DNA of 63,374 nt, filler included, from Reticulomyxa filosa (Eukaryota > Protista > Foraminifera), in the NCBI GenBank assembly GCA_000512085.1. It is 16 parts of 16 records of this genome, joined end to end, with 100 filler letters (N's around TTAATTAATTAA, not from the genome) between each part and the next. Parts side by side here need not be neighbours in the genome. Positions count along the whole stretch, not along the records: positions 8,144 to 30,736 come from ASPP01026239.1; 15 more parts are not named here. One strand, given 5' to 3'. Each line of letters begins with the position of its first letter. Position 1 is the first letter of the stretch. The notes under the pieces were generated by a model. That model had not been told where the DNA came from. It saw nothing but the letters and a program-made list of their open reading frames with translations, and did no database searches. The position numbers and the translations under genes were made by a program. This document shows positions 12,585 to 25,192 of this stretch, in pieces.

Positions 12585-14432
12585 ATGCCGTACAAAGCTT
12601 TTGTTTCTCTTGAAAAAGAGGTGCATAAAGTAACACTTGTTTTTCTCAGATTAAAAAGCTTGAAAGAAAAAGTACTAGAGATAATTAACAATGACAAAAC
12701 AAAAAATTATACAAATTATTTTAAAATTGTCGATAATAATGGTGAAGACATTACCAGTAATAGAAAATTAGAAACAGCATTTAAAACGAAACCTGTTTTC
12801 TTTTTTATTCATTTTATTCAAAGTTTTGTTCTCTTTTATTTATTTATTAATTTATTTTAATAACAATTGATTGATCAAATAGATGATGACAATGATGACG
12901 AAAAGAAATATCCAGAAGAAAAAGAAGAAGAAAAAGAAAAATGTCACAAAATTGTAAATCCATTAGTATTATTAACAGGTGCTTCAAAATATAAAAATTT
13001 AGATAATTTACCTATGATGAAAAAAGATTTAATGACGTTTCGAAATTTATTTGAAGAAATATATGGATATGAAGTATATTGTACATATGATCCAAATAAA
13101 CCTGAAACTGAATCATTAACATTAAATCAATTAAATGAATTTTTAATGAAATATCATAAAAACAAAAATAAAAATAATTATGATTCATTAATATTTGTAT
13201 GGTGTGGTTATATTAATACAATATCAGAAAAAGGAGATATATTAATAACATCAGATGATAATAGATATAAACCATTTAATAAAATACAAGAATTATTTTC
13301 ATTTTTAAATAAACCTAAAATATATATTAAAAATGTATATCAAATAAATGGATATAATAATCAACAATATCATAATTGTGAATTAGATACTTTTATAATA
13401 TCTTGATCAATTCAAATGAATATATGAAAAAAAAATTAATAATTGGACCATATTCTGTTTCTTCATTTTATTCAAAAAATATCACATTTGATAATATTAT
13501 AATTGATGGATCTGTTTATGTTGTTGATTGTATTATTGATGGATTTGGAAATTGTCATATTACTCAACAACTTATCACTACTAATCAATCTATTGTTCGT
13601 TATCATTTCTATTCTCATGTTTTTACTTGTTCTTGGCCTATTGATATAGAAAATTTAATGGAATTGGGAGAAAATGCATTAGATATCCCAAAAATCAATG
13701 AGGCAATTCAATTATTTCGTTTTGCACTTTGTGTTAGATTGCAAACATTACATGATTTTCATGTCGATGTTGCGTATTCTTATTTCTGGCTGGGCAAAGC
13801 GTATGGTAACAAAGCAGAATATGACAAAGCAATTGAATATTGTGAAAAATGTTTAAAAATTCTATTGAATAAATTGGGACCTGATCATCCTGATGTTGCT
13901 ACTTTATATAACTATTTTGGATATCTTTATGGTAACAAAGAGGAATATGACAAAGCAATGGAATATTGTGAAAAATCATTAAAAATTAGATTGAATAAAC
14001 TGGAACCTGATCATCCTGATGTTGCTACTACATACAACAATTTGGGATGTGTTTATGAAAGCAAAGGGGAATATGACAAAGCAATTGAATATTATGAAAA
14101 ATCATTAAAAATTAAATTGAATAAATTAGGATCTGATTATCTCAGTATTGCTACTTCATACATTAATTTATCAATTGCTTATTATAATAAAAAAGAATAT
14201 GACGAAGCAATAGAGTTTGGAAAGAGCATTGAATTTGAGATTGAATAAACTGGATTCTAATCATCCAGATGTTGGTAATGCATATGGTATGTTAGGGGAT
14301 ATCAATTATAAAAAAGGTGACAAAATAGAGGCAAAAAAGTGTTATGAAAATGCATTGTCGATTTATACTCAAAAATTGGGTAATAATCATCAAGATACAG
14401 AAAAAGTCATGTCAAGATTGGAAAATTTGTAA
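12585..14432 (+). pseudogene. Tandem paralog of the PB1-pseudocaspase-TPR gene with ~5 TPRs; disrupted
   Basis: Same domain order, with intron 12823-12882. A ~410-nt frameshifting deletion at about 13402 corresponds to ~10051-10462 of paralog 1, and a further frameshift (about 2 nt missing) lies at about 14220. Confidence 0.8.
13802..14300 (+). repeat. 126-nt coding tandem repeat (42-aa TPR units) with high internal identity
   Basis: GAATATGAC[AG]AAGCAA recurs at 13817, 13943, 14069 and 14195, an exact 126-nt period. Confidence 0.9.
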
Positions 14433-15890
14433 GTGTATTTGATTTGTTAAATAGATATTTAAAAACAGAAATAAAGCAAAGTGAGTTTAAATTTAAAATG
14501 TAAAGTTTGTTGGAATGATTAAATGTGACAAGGATATCATCTAAATATGATGAAATACATTATATTATCTGATCAAACAAACAATCCAAGTTTTTTCTAT
14601 GTTGTGTCAATGAATTATTAACATTCTAATACATTTTTCCCAAAAAGCTTGCAATATTTAAATTACTAATTCTTAGCAAAAAAAGAGTCATTTTAATTCT
14701 TCAACAATGGCTCATAAAGAGATGAAGTAAGATTGGATTTTTATTATGGTGTATACTTCCAACATTATGTATCTTCATAATATATCTTTTCAATTGTTAG
14801 TTGAAAACTTTTTCTTTTCAAGCATAATCAAATTAAACTATTATTGTAGTTTGCAATTTGATTTTATTATCTCATAAAATCCAATAGTTTTGCTTTTGCT
14901 ATCAAACAGTTTTCATTGATACAATAGCACTTTAAATTAACATCAGTATTAACTTATCCAATAGTATCTCCACAATCCTTTCATTTCTTTCTGGTCCATA
15001 TTATGAAATATAGATTATGTTTTACATAGATATCAAATGTGTTGAATTGCTTTAAAAATATTGCTGCCTCTTGTTACACAGATCTTTATTCAAAATAATT
15101 TTCTTTTTTTACCAATAAATAATTTACCAATTACAACAATACTATTATTTTTACTGTTGTTGCTTTGCAATGATAAAATATCCAGACCCAACTACAATCG
15201 ATAGCTAAAAAAAAGATCTCTCTAAAATGAACCCCACGCACTTAATTAATGTTTTTTTCATTTTTGAAAATTATTAGAAAAATTGAACGATTTTTGTGTG
15301 TCTTTCCACACTTTTATTAAAAACCAAATACATTTTTGGATTCTCCACAACGTGTAGATATTATTTTTTAAAAATTTTGAATAAGTGTTGATTTTTCATA
15401 ATGAAACGCATGAATGTTCATAGATGTTCATTTTAGGGTGCAAATTTCAGAGAGTGATTGTATTTTAATGTTGCTCTCAATATCCAATGCACAAATTATT
15501 CTATCACAGTAATGATACTTGTCTTAATTGATATTATTTAATTTGTTTGTGTTATGAAACAAATAAGAAAAGAGAACATGTCAGTTGTTTAAGATAAATT
15601 TTTATTTATTATTTTTAAAGTTTCTTTTTATTGCTTTTCATTCAGTTCTTTTTCTGATTTCAAATGTTTAATTTCGATCTGAAATATTGTTTTTCACGTT
15701 TTGATACTTTTATTAAATAAGCTCTTTAAAAGTTTACAAATTTTTTTTGTTTCCATTTCTCAATTTTTTGTCTATTTTTATTTTGTCTTCATGAAATTGG
15801 CCGAAGACCAACACTCGTAGTTCAACTGTGTAGAATTACTTTAAAATGTCTTTTCATGGAGAAGCAATCACTATAAAGATTAAACAGAGA

Positions 15891-16558
15891 TTAGAATTTT
15901 CCACCACGTTGTCCCACAAGCAACTTCTGTTGAGGCGTCAAGCCAGTTGCGCTCTTCCAAATACTGTCTTTCATCGATAAACCAAAACGTTGAACACCCA
16001 TTTGCCAAATACACTTCACTAAACTCGAAGCACTGACGTCAATTATTCTACCATCATCACTACCCCATAATCGAATTGTTCTATCTTCTGAACATGAAAC
16101 CATCTTTGAACCGTCCGGTGATAACTGCAGTCCTAAAATAGGCCCAGAATGTCCCTCCAACAATTGAATTTGTCGTCCTGAAGATAGATCCCAGAATCGT
16201 ATAGTCCTATCATCCGAATGTGAAATAAGTTTGGAACTGTCCAGTGAAAAGTAAACTCCAAACATTATATCTGAATGTCCCTCTAAAACTTGAAGTTGTT
16301 TTCCGGACGACATATCCCACAATCGAATTGTATTATCATCTGAAAATGATACAAGTTTTCTACTATCTGGCGAAAATTTCGCTCCCCTTACCAAATGAGA
16401 ATGGCCTTCTAATAATAAAAGTTGTTTCCCAGACAATATATCCCACAGTCTAATGGTTTTATCATCTGAATAACTCACAATTTTAGGCTCATTTGACGAA
16501 AATTGTACGCCTCTAATGGCTTTTGTATGTCCTTGGAAGGTAGAGTAGCATAAGCAGT
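15891..16558 (-). pseudogene. 5'-truncated WD40-repeat gene with a STAND/NACHT-WD40-type C-terminal tail
   Basis: About four 42-aa repeats (LEGHS..V.G..FSPD..KLVS.SDD.TIRLWD) end in GLSMKDSIWKSATGLTPQQKLLVGQRGGKF. The frame is closed upstream by a stop at about 16560 with no in-frame ATG there; an unseen upstream exon is possible. Confidence 0.65.
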
Positions 16559-17043
16559 TTTAATTGCTCCCAGCAACAATTTCACTTATGGCTCACAAAG
16601 AGAACTGGGGAAAGACAAAAAAAAAACTTTTGCGAACTTATTGAGTAGTTTCTCTAGTAAATCAGTATTCCATTTATGAATTGTTTATGGATCAAACAAA
16701 ATAGGGAAAAAAAGCTTCAATTGCTTACATTATACTGTATCTATTTTTAATATAAAAAGGCTATTAATTAATGGGAGTAAAACAAAAATTGGTTAATGCT
16801 TATTTCCCAAGATAATAGCACTACATTTTGCAATAAATTTGCTTACAGTACCCTTTAGCTTGTAGAAATACTGTTTAGGTAGTACCAAGAAAAAAGAGTT
16901 CTGTCGGGACAAAATCAACAAAAAAAAATTTAAAAATCTTTTTAATTCACGATCGTCATAGCCAAGCAATTTTTTTTTTTTAGCACGTAAAATCCAGTTG
17001 GAAGAGCTAACACGTACAACTGGTCACGTTTATCTTCACTTAA

Positions 17044-19358
17044 ATGCATTCAAATGACATTACCAAACGGCAAGAAAGTGAAAACGTGGACACCGCACCT
17101 TCCTTTGAAACGTTGACCCCATTGCCTGTTCCATTTCGTCATACGCGATGTGTGACCTACAAAGATGAGATTCTCATATGTGGGGGTTATCAAAACAATC
17201 AATGTTATTCCTATCACACACTCAAAAATGAGTACAAATACATCTGCTCTTACCCGGATGGCTTTCCATTGCGTCGACACTGTGTAGTGAAGATTGTGAG
17301 TGGCACACACAGAAAGGACAGCACCTTGTTGTCGTTTGGTGGATATGAAAATGAAAAAAAGCACGCAGTTGTGCTGAGATATAAGAGCGTTTGGAACAGT
17401 GATGAAAAAAAGGAGATTGGAATTGAAAGGGCAAATGGTTATAACAAATGGCTTCCCTTTACTGACAATGACAACAATCCAATTTGCATTGGAAGAGACG
17501 AAAGTAATTACGAAGGAGTGCGTGCAGTGATTGGTGGAAGCAATAATCATTTGTTGTTTATTGTTTACGAGCCGAGAAATATTGATGTGTTTGATTTGCA
17601 CACATTTCAATTTGTGAAGCAGGACATTTTGCCATGTGTATCCGATGTATATTATCCGTGTTTGATATCAAAGCTAAAAAGCGAAGCCGCAATGATGCAA
17701 ACAAAAAAAAAGAAAACCGAAATGGTGTTACTTTGCAATGAAACAGGATTGGCAATTGACTACAGTGAAGAAAATAATGCATTTCAATTCAACAAATTGC
17801 AGCTTTGTACAACCATTAAAACATTCCATGCGTATGCCTGTGTATGTGTTGATGATATCGTTTTGATTTTTGGTGGATTTGGTGGCTTTTCCATTGGCAT
17901 TTCCAAAGACGTCTACAAGTACTCGATTGCAAAGAACAAATGGATGAAATTTGATTGCACTTTGCCAATTCAACTACACGAATGTGAAGGAGTATTGAGC
18001 GAAGACAATACTTCTGCGTACATACTGGGAGGGTGCAGCATAGACGAAGGCTCGCCGATACATGTGAAGACAAATGTAAAGCAATGGACGAAGGAGCATG
18101 CAACAGAAAAAGAGAAACGATGGATTACCGAGGAAGAAGAAAAAATAGAGGTGGAAAAGATAAAAGCTGAACTGGAAGAAATGGAACAGGAATTGGATAT
18201 TAAAAAACTAAAAGTTAAGAAATGACTGAAAAGATATCATGTTAAAAAAAAAATCAAAAAAAAAATAAAAATAAAACAAAATATAGAGATTCAAAGAAGT
18301 GAAAATAATAGTCGAACATTGGAACAGACTATTGTGCATCAAATTGGGATGGATTGATGAATTCGACATAATCATTTCACGATATATTTTGGTACATTTG
18401 TTTTATCTTTTGCTTCCTTTTTGTTTTGACAGGTTCCTTTGAAAGAAAACAATCACAAAAATAGATGAAATATTTCAAACCTGTAAAAGCAATTTCTGCA
18501 CATCCCAATAGGATAAACAGTGTAAAATTTTCACCCAATGGAACAAAAGTTATTTCAGCTTCCAACGATAAAACAATACAAGTATGGGACATTGAATCAG
18601 GAAATAAAATTCAAACGTTGGAAGGACATTTACATTTTGTGAACGATGCCAAATTTTCACCAGATGGCAATATTGTTGTGTCTGGCTCTGAGGATAAAAC
18701 CATTCGATTATGGGATGTAAAATCAGGAAGAGAGATTCATAAGCTAAAAGGACATTTAGGTGGCGTAACATGTGTCCAATTTTCGCCAGACGGGGGTATG
18801 ATTGTTTCATGTTCAAAAGATAAAACTATTCGATTGTGGGATGCCAAATCAGGTGAAGAAAGAGAAAAATTGGTCATACATTCGAAACGGATAAAGACAG
18901 TACAATTTTCTCCAAATGGTCAATCAATTGTATCTTCATCGCTTGACACGACAATTGTTACACGAAATGTAAAGTCGAGTGAAAGAAAGCACCAATTAAT
19001 TGGGCGTTTATTGTTGGTATTATCAGCACAATTTTCACCCGACAGTCAATTTCTTGTCGGCTATTCCTGGGATCAAATCGTCCGAACTTGGGATTTGAGA
19101 TCAGGCAAGGTAGTACACAAATTGAAAGGTCATTCCGATCGGATAAAGGGGGCCAGATATTCAACTGATGGCCAAACTATTATCTCTTATTCCGTCGACA
19201 AAACAATTCGGCTGTGGGACATAAAATTAGGACTGGAAATACAAAAATTGAAAGTAGCCCCAAAAGACTATGTGACAAAACTTGATGTTTCACCGGATGG
19301 TAATGCAATTGTTTCATCTTCCAAAAATGGAAAAATCCAACTTTGGAGGTCATTGTGA
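17044..19358 (+). CDS. Kelch-repeat + coiled-coil + WD40 fusion protein (~722 aa); exons 17044-18213, 18287-18391, 18465-19358
   Basis: Kelch motifs (ILICGG, LLSFGG, VIGG, LIFGG, YILGG). Two phase-0 GT-AG introns flank the linker exon RFKEVKIIVEHWNRLLCIKLGWIDEFDIIISRYIL. Seven WD40 repeats follow, and the spliced frame is open throughout. Confidence 0.85.
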
Positions 19359-20026
19359 ATGTTATACAAGCTGAGGCCACTCTGAAAAAAAAATTTTTTT
19401 TTTCTTACAAATATGTTTGACAGACAACAATGACCGAACAAAGACATGTCTATTTTTACAATTTTTATACATACAAGTTGTTCCATAGAAAAAAATAATA
19501 TTTTCAAAAGACAAGGTTATTTTTCAAGTCATTTGTTGTCTTTATAAATTCTTTCAAAAAATATAACTAATAATCAGACACAAACCTATTTGAGACCTGG
19601 TAAGTGTCATAATTTTTTTGAACAATTGCGAAAGTATTATAATTTTTGTTTTCTAAACTAAACTAAAAAATGGTGGCTAGTCGTTATTCATCATTTGTTT
19701 AGTAATGATTTTTAAAATTAATTTGTGACTTTGAAATATTCCCTATAATCAGATTGAAAAAGATACAAGAGTATTATTGTTCGTAGTATTTATTTCTGTT
19801 TTTTGTTAAAGATTTTTCTCTTCAGTGTAACTCGTTGAATGGTATAGTTGTACAGCCCGATGTAAGACTGAGCAGTCAATTTTCGCAAAAACAACTCTAC
19901 AGTGAAAAAAACTTCTTTTGTTATCAAAAAAATAGAAGTAGTGTAACGAATTTTTAAAACAAGAAATGAAAGCCTTTGGCGAAAGGGGGCAAGGGGAAAA
20001 AAAAAGAAATATAATATTCGAGAAAA

Positions 20027-23000
20027 ATGGAAAGACGCCTCTTTGGCTCATTACTTTGTTCAATAATAACGCTCTTGAGTTTGTTTCGTGTGATCCAAAG
20101 TTACGAAATAAGCTGTGAGACAAATACAGTATGGACCTGTCGGTCAAACTCAAGTAACCCGAAGTGTGTAATAACCGTTTCACCAAGCAAGTGTGAAAAT
20201 GAAGCAATAATGCCAACCTCAATATTGATTGAGATGAGTGTGGACAACAGCGATACGAAAGTGAGTTTTTACAATGAGATTGTGTGTGACGTGGATCAAT
20301 GTCAGCAAACGAAGATAAGCATTGAGTTGGTAGGAGCAACGCCAACGACGAGTCGAATGGTGCACGTGGAGAATAAAATCGAATGCCAAGGCAGCGAGAA
20401 TAGAAACGACAAAACATGCCAACACATGAACATCAGTATCGAAACTGCTCCTTTGGCCAACACGTCTGTGGGCAGTAGCAACTCGACTTTGGCATGCATA
20501 CAAAGTCAATGCTATGACTTGACGATGACTGGCGTTGGGACTGATCTAATCATTCAAGACGATAGATCTCACAACATTAATATCTTTGGAGCATTGGCTA
20601 ATTCATTGCTAATAGTTGATAATAATATATACATACAAATATATATATATATATATATATTTTATATTTATGTACAAATGTATACTCTTAAAAAAAATAA
20701 AATAATAATAATGGAATAGGTGAGTAACAGCTCAATGTTCAATACATTGATGAATAGTAAAGTGTATTGTTCGACATCGACGTGTAACATCAAATGTGTG
20801 TCGGTGGAGAACGAGAACAACCGAAGCTGTGGGAAAGGCTTGTGGATCGAGACGAAGAACGGAGTTGCGTCAACAAGCAGTGTGTCAGGATACCAAATTG
20901 TAAGCAGCGAGTTGTCAATGGTTTGTCCGTGGACGTCGAAGAACAGATGCTTTGCGGGTGCAAACTTGTATATGCAAAGCCCTTTGAAAGAGTGTGCGAT
21001 CGGCCCACTGTTCGAAGAGAACCATCCAAATGTGGTGACGAACCTCTGGGGATGTGAGGCCAGTACGTATCTGTCTACATGCAGTGCACGCATTAGCAGT
21101 GCTATTTGGTCATTGGTGCCATCTCCGCCTTCGCATTCACCTTCGCATTCACCTTCGCGAGCGCCTACAGCCGCACCGTTACTGTCGTCGACACTATCGT
21201 CAGAGTCGACTACATCCACATCCACATCCACATCCACATCCACATCCACGCCACCTACGAAAGCACCCGCACTCTTTCCGTCCTCGTCGCCGTGGGTCGT
21301 GAACAATGCGACCACGCCGTGCCATTCCTTACAATGTCCGTTTAACAACTCGGTGGTGTGTCAGACCTTCCCCGTTGTCTACGTACTCAATATCTCCGTG
21401 GACGTCGCCGACATCCTCAGTTTCATTCGCTATAACCTGTCCGACGCCCCCGTCGTCCAGTTGCCAATGCTCTTGTATAACCAACTGCTTTGCACAGATG
21501 AGCTCCCTTGTTATGGACAGTGGACCATCCAGTTGTCTATGGATCACGTCAACGCGAGCGACACTCAAAGTTTTTTTTTTTTTTTTTTAAAAAAAAAAAC
21601 TAAATCTTTTTTTAACGAGTGACAAATAATAAACATATATAAAAACAAAATATAATAACAATGTTCAAAAAAGCGTGGGAGGAAACCACGAATGCAATGT
21701 TCCCACTGTTTGCATTGCAGACGGAACTGCGATGTGCTACCAACGTGGCGTGCGGGGATCTAAGTGACATCACAATGCGAGGTCTAGTGAATGGGAAAAA
21801 CGAATCGACCGACTGGACTCGTCTGCATCAAAAAGACGGCGCATGGCCTGATGGACTACCACTTGGACGTGCGTCTAATGAGTGCAGGGCCTTTTGTTAT
21901 CGACTTGTCGCACGCGATCAAGTCCATTCGCCACTTTGTTGCCAACTCAAAGTTGGCGCTAACCGTGAATAATGACCGCTGGCAGTCAAACACAAGTAGC
22001 AACAACGCCGACAGCACGTCGACGGCAGTTCAAATATCGTCCTGGGATTATGTAGTTGTCCAACAGTCGGGACTGACAGCCAATGTCTTGGATATCTATC
22101 AGTGTGATAGTGTTAATATTAGCACTGAAAACTGGGCCAATTCCATAGTGAATCTGTATCGAGTTAATATTAGCAATAGCAATAACAATAACAGTGGTGA
22201 TAATGTAATTGTGGCTAGTTGTCGTGGCGAGTGCACGGACAACAAGTGGATGATAGAACAGGATACAACGACGTCGAGTCAGATAACGTGTGCCGACAAT
22301 TGCGCGCGGAACAATGTGTCAGTGAGCACAGCTGTGAACACTGACGTGGGTACCAGCGTGGTGACGTGCGACGGATGTGTATGGGACGACAGCAGCGTCG
22401 TTGTGACGGACACGTCGTTACAAGTGAATTGTTTGGAAGAGAACAGTTGCAGTGGAGAGGCACATGTGGACCACCGCGACGCTCATGGACATGTTCGACT
22501 GTACTTGCAGGGCAAGCGAACCGGGCGTGATGCACACTTATTTTGTCCGGCGTCGTTGCAGCAGTCTTGTGTCGTCGAATGCATTAAAGATTATGGCGGC
22601 AGAGATATGGTCATTTATGTCAATACCACCACTACATCATCATCATCATCATCATCTTCTTCTTCTTCTTCTTTAGATGGAAGTAATAAGATAATACATT
22701 GGAGAGATCAATTGCAATTGATCGGACATCAACCCACGTGCTTTTATCACGCGCAGGTGCGGGATTTGAACGACCACTCGCGGGTCTGTTGGCTGTCATT
22801 TCGCGAAAAAAAGCACATTGGCACGTCGGCGTTGGACAAATATTCGTGGGAGTGCGCCCGTCCGTCGTTTGACTCGCTGTTGCTGGTGGCGGCCGTTGGA
22901 ACAAGTGTCTTGCTCGTGTTGCTCTTGCCGCTGCTGCTGCGACAGCAATGGTGGTGTTGTCGTTGCTGCAATTGCAATGCATCATCATCTTTGATTATCC

Positions 23001-25192
23001 ATCCCATGTTCCATTTCTTTGATGTCAGTCATCAAGTATATACCACTTTGTGGACAATGCTGTTCCTGTATGATGTGGGCATCTTTGTCATTCTGCTATA
23101 CAACGATAGTCCCTCCACGCAAAATCGCCTCTTCCGCATCGCTATCAAATACACACTCATCTTCCACTGGGTGCTGTGCGCGCTACTGTTCATCATTGCG
23201 TTCCGAGAGTTCCGCTTCTTTTACTGCTGTCGTCGATCGCCACAGTTAGCCGATGCCATTGATACGTACAATGACAGCTATGACAAGAACAACAACAAGA
23301 ATAATAACAATCGCCAACCTCACTATAAAAGAAATGAACCAAATAACGCTAACGATAATGATGGCAATGATGATGGTAATGACGGTGATGATGATGATGA
23401 TGATGATGATAAGAATGATGGCAATGGTAGTGAGGACAAGAAGGAAATGAGCAATGGAATTTGGTTGGATGTGACATCGAAAGGAAAGACAAAAAAGAAA
23501 AAGCAGCAAAATGAACAGAACTCGAGATCGATGGAGATGGCTATACCAACTTCTAGTCAAGTATTTGAGCAAGAAGGGTTCTTCGACAATGATAGTCTAA
23601 TCGATTTTTACAGCGATAACTACTCGAAGGTGCTATTGCTAATAATCGCGTGTCAACTGCTCGACATTCCGTATCTCACCAAAGGTCTCAAGGATCCAAA
23701 CACCGGACTCGTGCCGCTCATCGTCGTGACTGCCCTCATGTGCATAGGCACGTCGCTGGGACCCATCATCCTTTGCTGTCTCGGACTCTCGTACGGCCTC
23801 GTTACCATTGAAATCTGGGCGCAGCCTGGGCGCTACGGCGACAACGACGACTTGGTCGGCGATTTGGACATTGTCGTCAAGCAGGTACACTACGCTTGGA
23901 TCGCTCTGATTGCTGCCATGTTCGTATGCAATGGCTTTCGAAATCCGTATGTGTCCAATCTCGGATGGAGATGGCTCGGAATGATCGTAAGCATCATGGA
24001 CTTGGTCACCAACATTGGAGTGGTCGTTACCATGTTTCGATATCAACACTATGTCTTATTCGCTCTTCAATTGGCTATCCTTCTCTTTGCTCTGTTCTTC
24101 AATGCCTTTCTGCTGCCCTGGATACACGCACACATCTTTGTGCTTCAACCACAACTCAAGCCTTTTCGGCCGCCTCGTCAATACACGCCCTTCTCCACGC
24201 TCTGCTTTGCTTTGGGACTGGGCGATCTCTATTCCACCTTCTCCATGCTCGCTTTGGCCAATACCACAACCGCTACCAACAGCGACAGTGATAGTGGCAC
24301 TATAACCACGGCGACAATAGACGAACTGTTTGCTACGTATGACCAATATCGCTTTTGGACAATGTGCTGGAGCTCTTTTCCTAGCATTGCCTTGCAAATC
24401 TTTATCATATCCATGCACACCAATGTGTCCTATGTGTACAGCATCGGCTGGTCTTTGACCTGGGGAGTCTTCTCCATTGTCGCCACGCTGCTGCTCTATT
24501 GGTCCAGACATCCACTGCAATCGCAACTCGACGATGCAGACGAACAACACGAGCACAAAGACGACAACTTAGTTGTTCCTTCCAATGATCATATTAATAA
24601 TAATAATGCCAGTCAATCACCTGCAAATGTTGAAAACCAACTGCAAGGGTCGTTACAACATTGGAACTGGGTATCCCATCCCTCATTCATCAATTATTGC
24701 TTGTATACGTTTGTGTATCCTGTACTCTTTATCATCAGCGACTTCATGTGCCGCTGCTTGCCCTTCATCGCCCTTGCACTGGTTGCGCCGCCTTATGTGT
24801 ACGCCTGTGTCTTGGTCGCCTTGGCCCTCTATTGCGCCATGTACTCGTACCACATGCTGCAAGTACACTTTGTCTTGCGCGGAGACATTCGATCTGGAAT
24901 TCAATTCACGTGGTTCTTTTTTTGGATTAGTTTGTGGTCCAGTGCAGTTTACTTTTTACCTTGCTCCGATCCCAACTTCCCCTTTTTACCTAATGTCTTC
25001 AAACGAGATAAATATGCCAATGAACAAGTGAAACGCTTGGCCATTGGCCTCTTTATCTCACTCGTTGCCCTCGTCTTTGACTATCATCAAGACCACAAAT
25101 GGCGCTATATTGCTATTACTATCATTTTTTGGATTTTCATACTCATCAACTGGTTCACCTTTGCCAAACTGTCCAGATTTCTTAATTTCTGA
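20027..25192 (+). CDS. Large membrane protein: signal peptide, Cys-rich and Ser/Thr/Pro mucin-like ectodomain, many TM helices, C-terminal XK-related (Xkr)-like domain
   Basis: Exon 1 is 20027-20614, with phase-0 intron 20615-20719 and exon 2 running to about 21569. The junction into the 1133-aa ORF (21570-21790) is unresolved. XK-like motifs: MDLVTNIGVV..MFRYQHY.LFALQL, YRFWTMCWSSFPSIALQIFII and ISDFMCRCLPFIALA. Confidence 0.65.
21212..21250 (+). repeat. (ACATCC)n coding microsatellite encoding a Thr-Ser run
   Basis: Hexamer repeat inside the mucin-like stalk of the 20027 gene. Confidence 0.85.

Noticed and set aside
20219-25031. Many overlapping and antisense ORFs over the large membrane-protein gene
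   Set aside because: These are shadow ORFs from higher GC and low-complexity codons, with no independent motifs.
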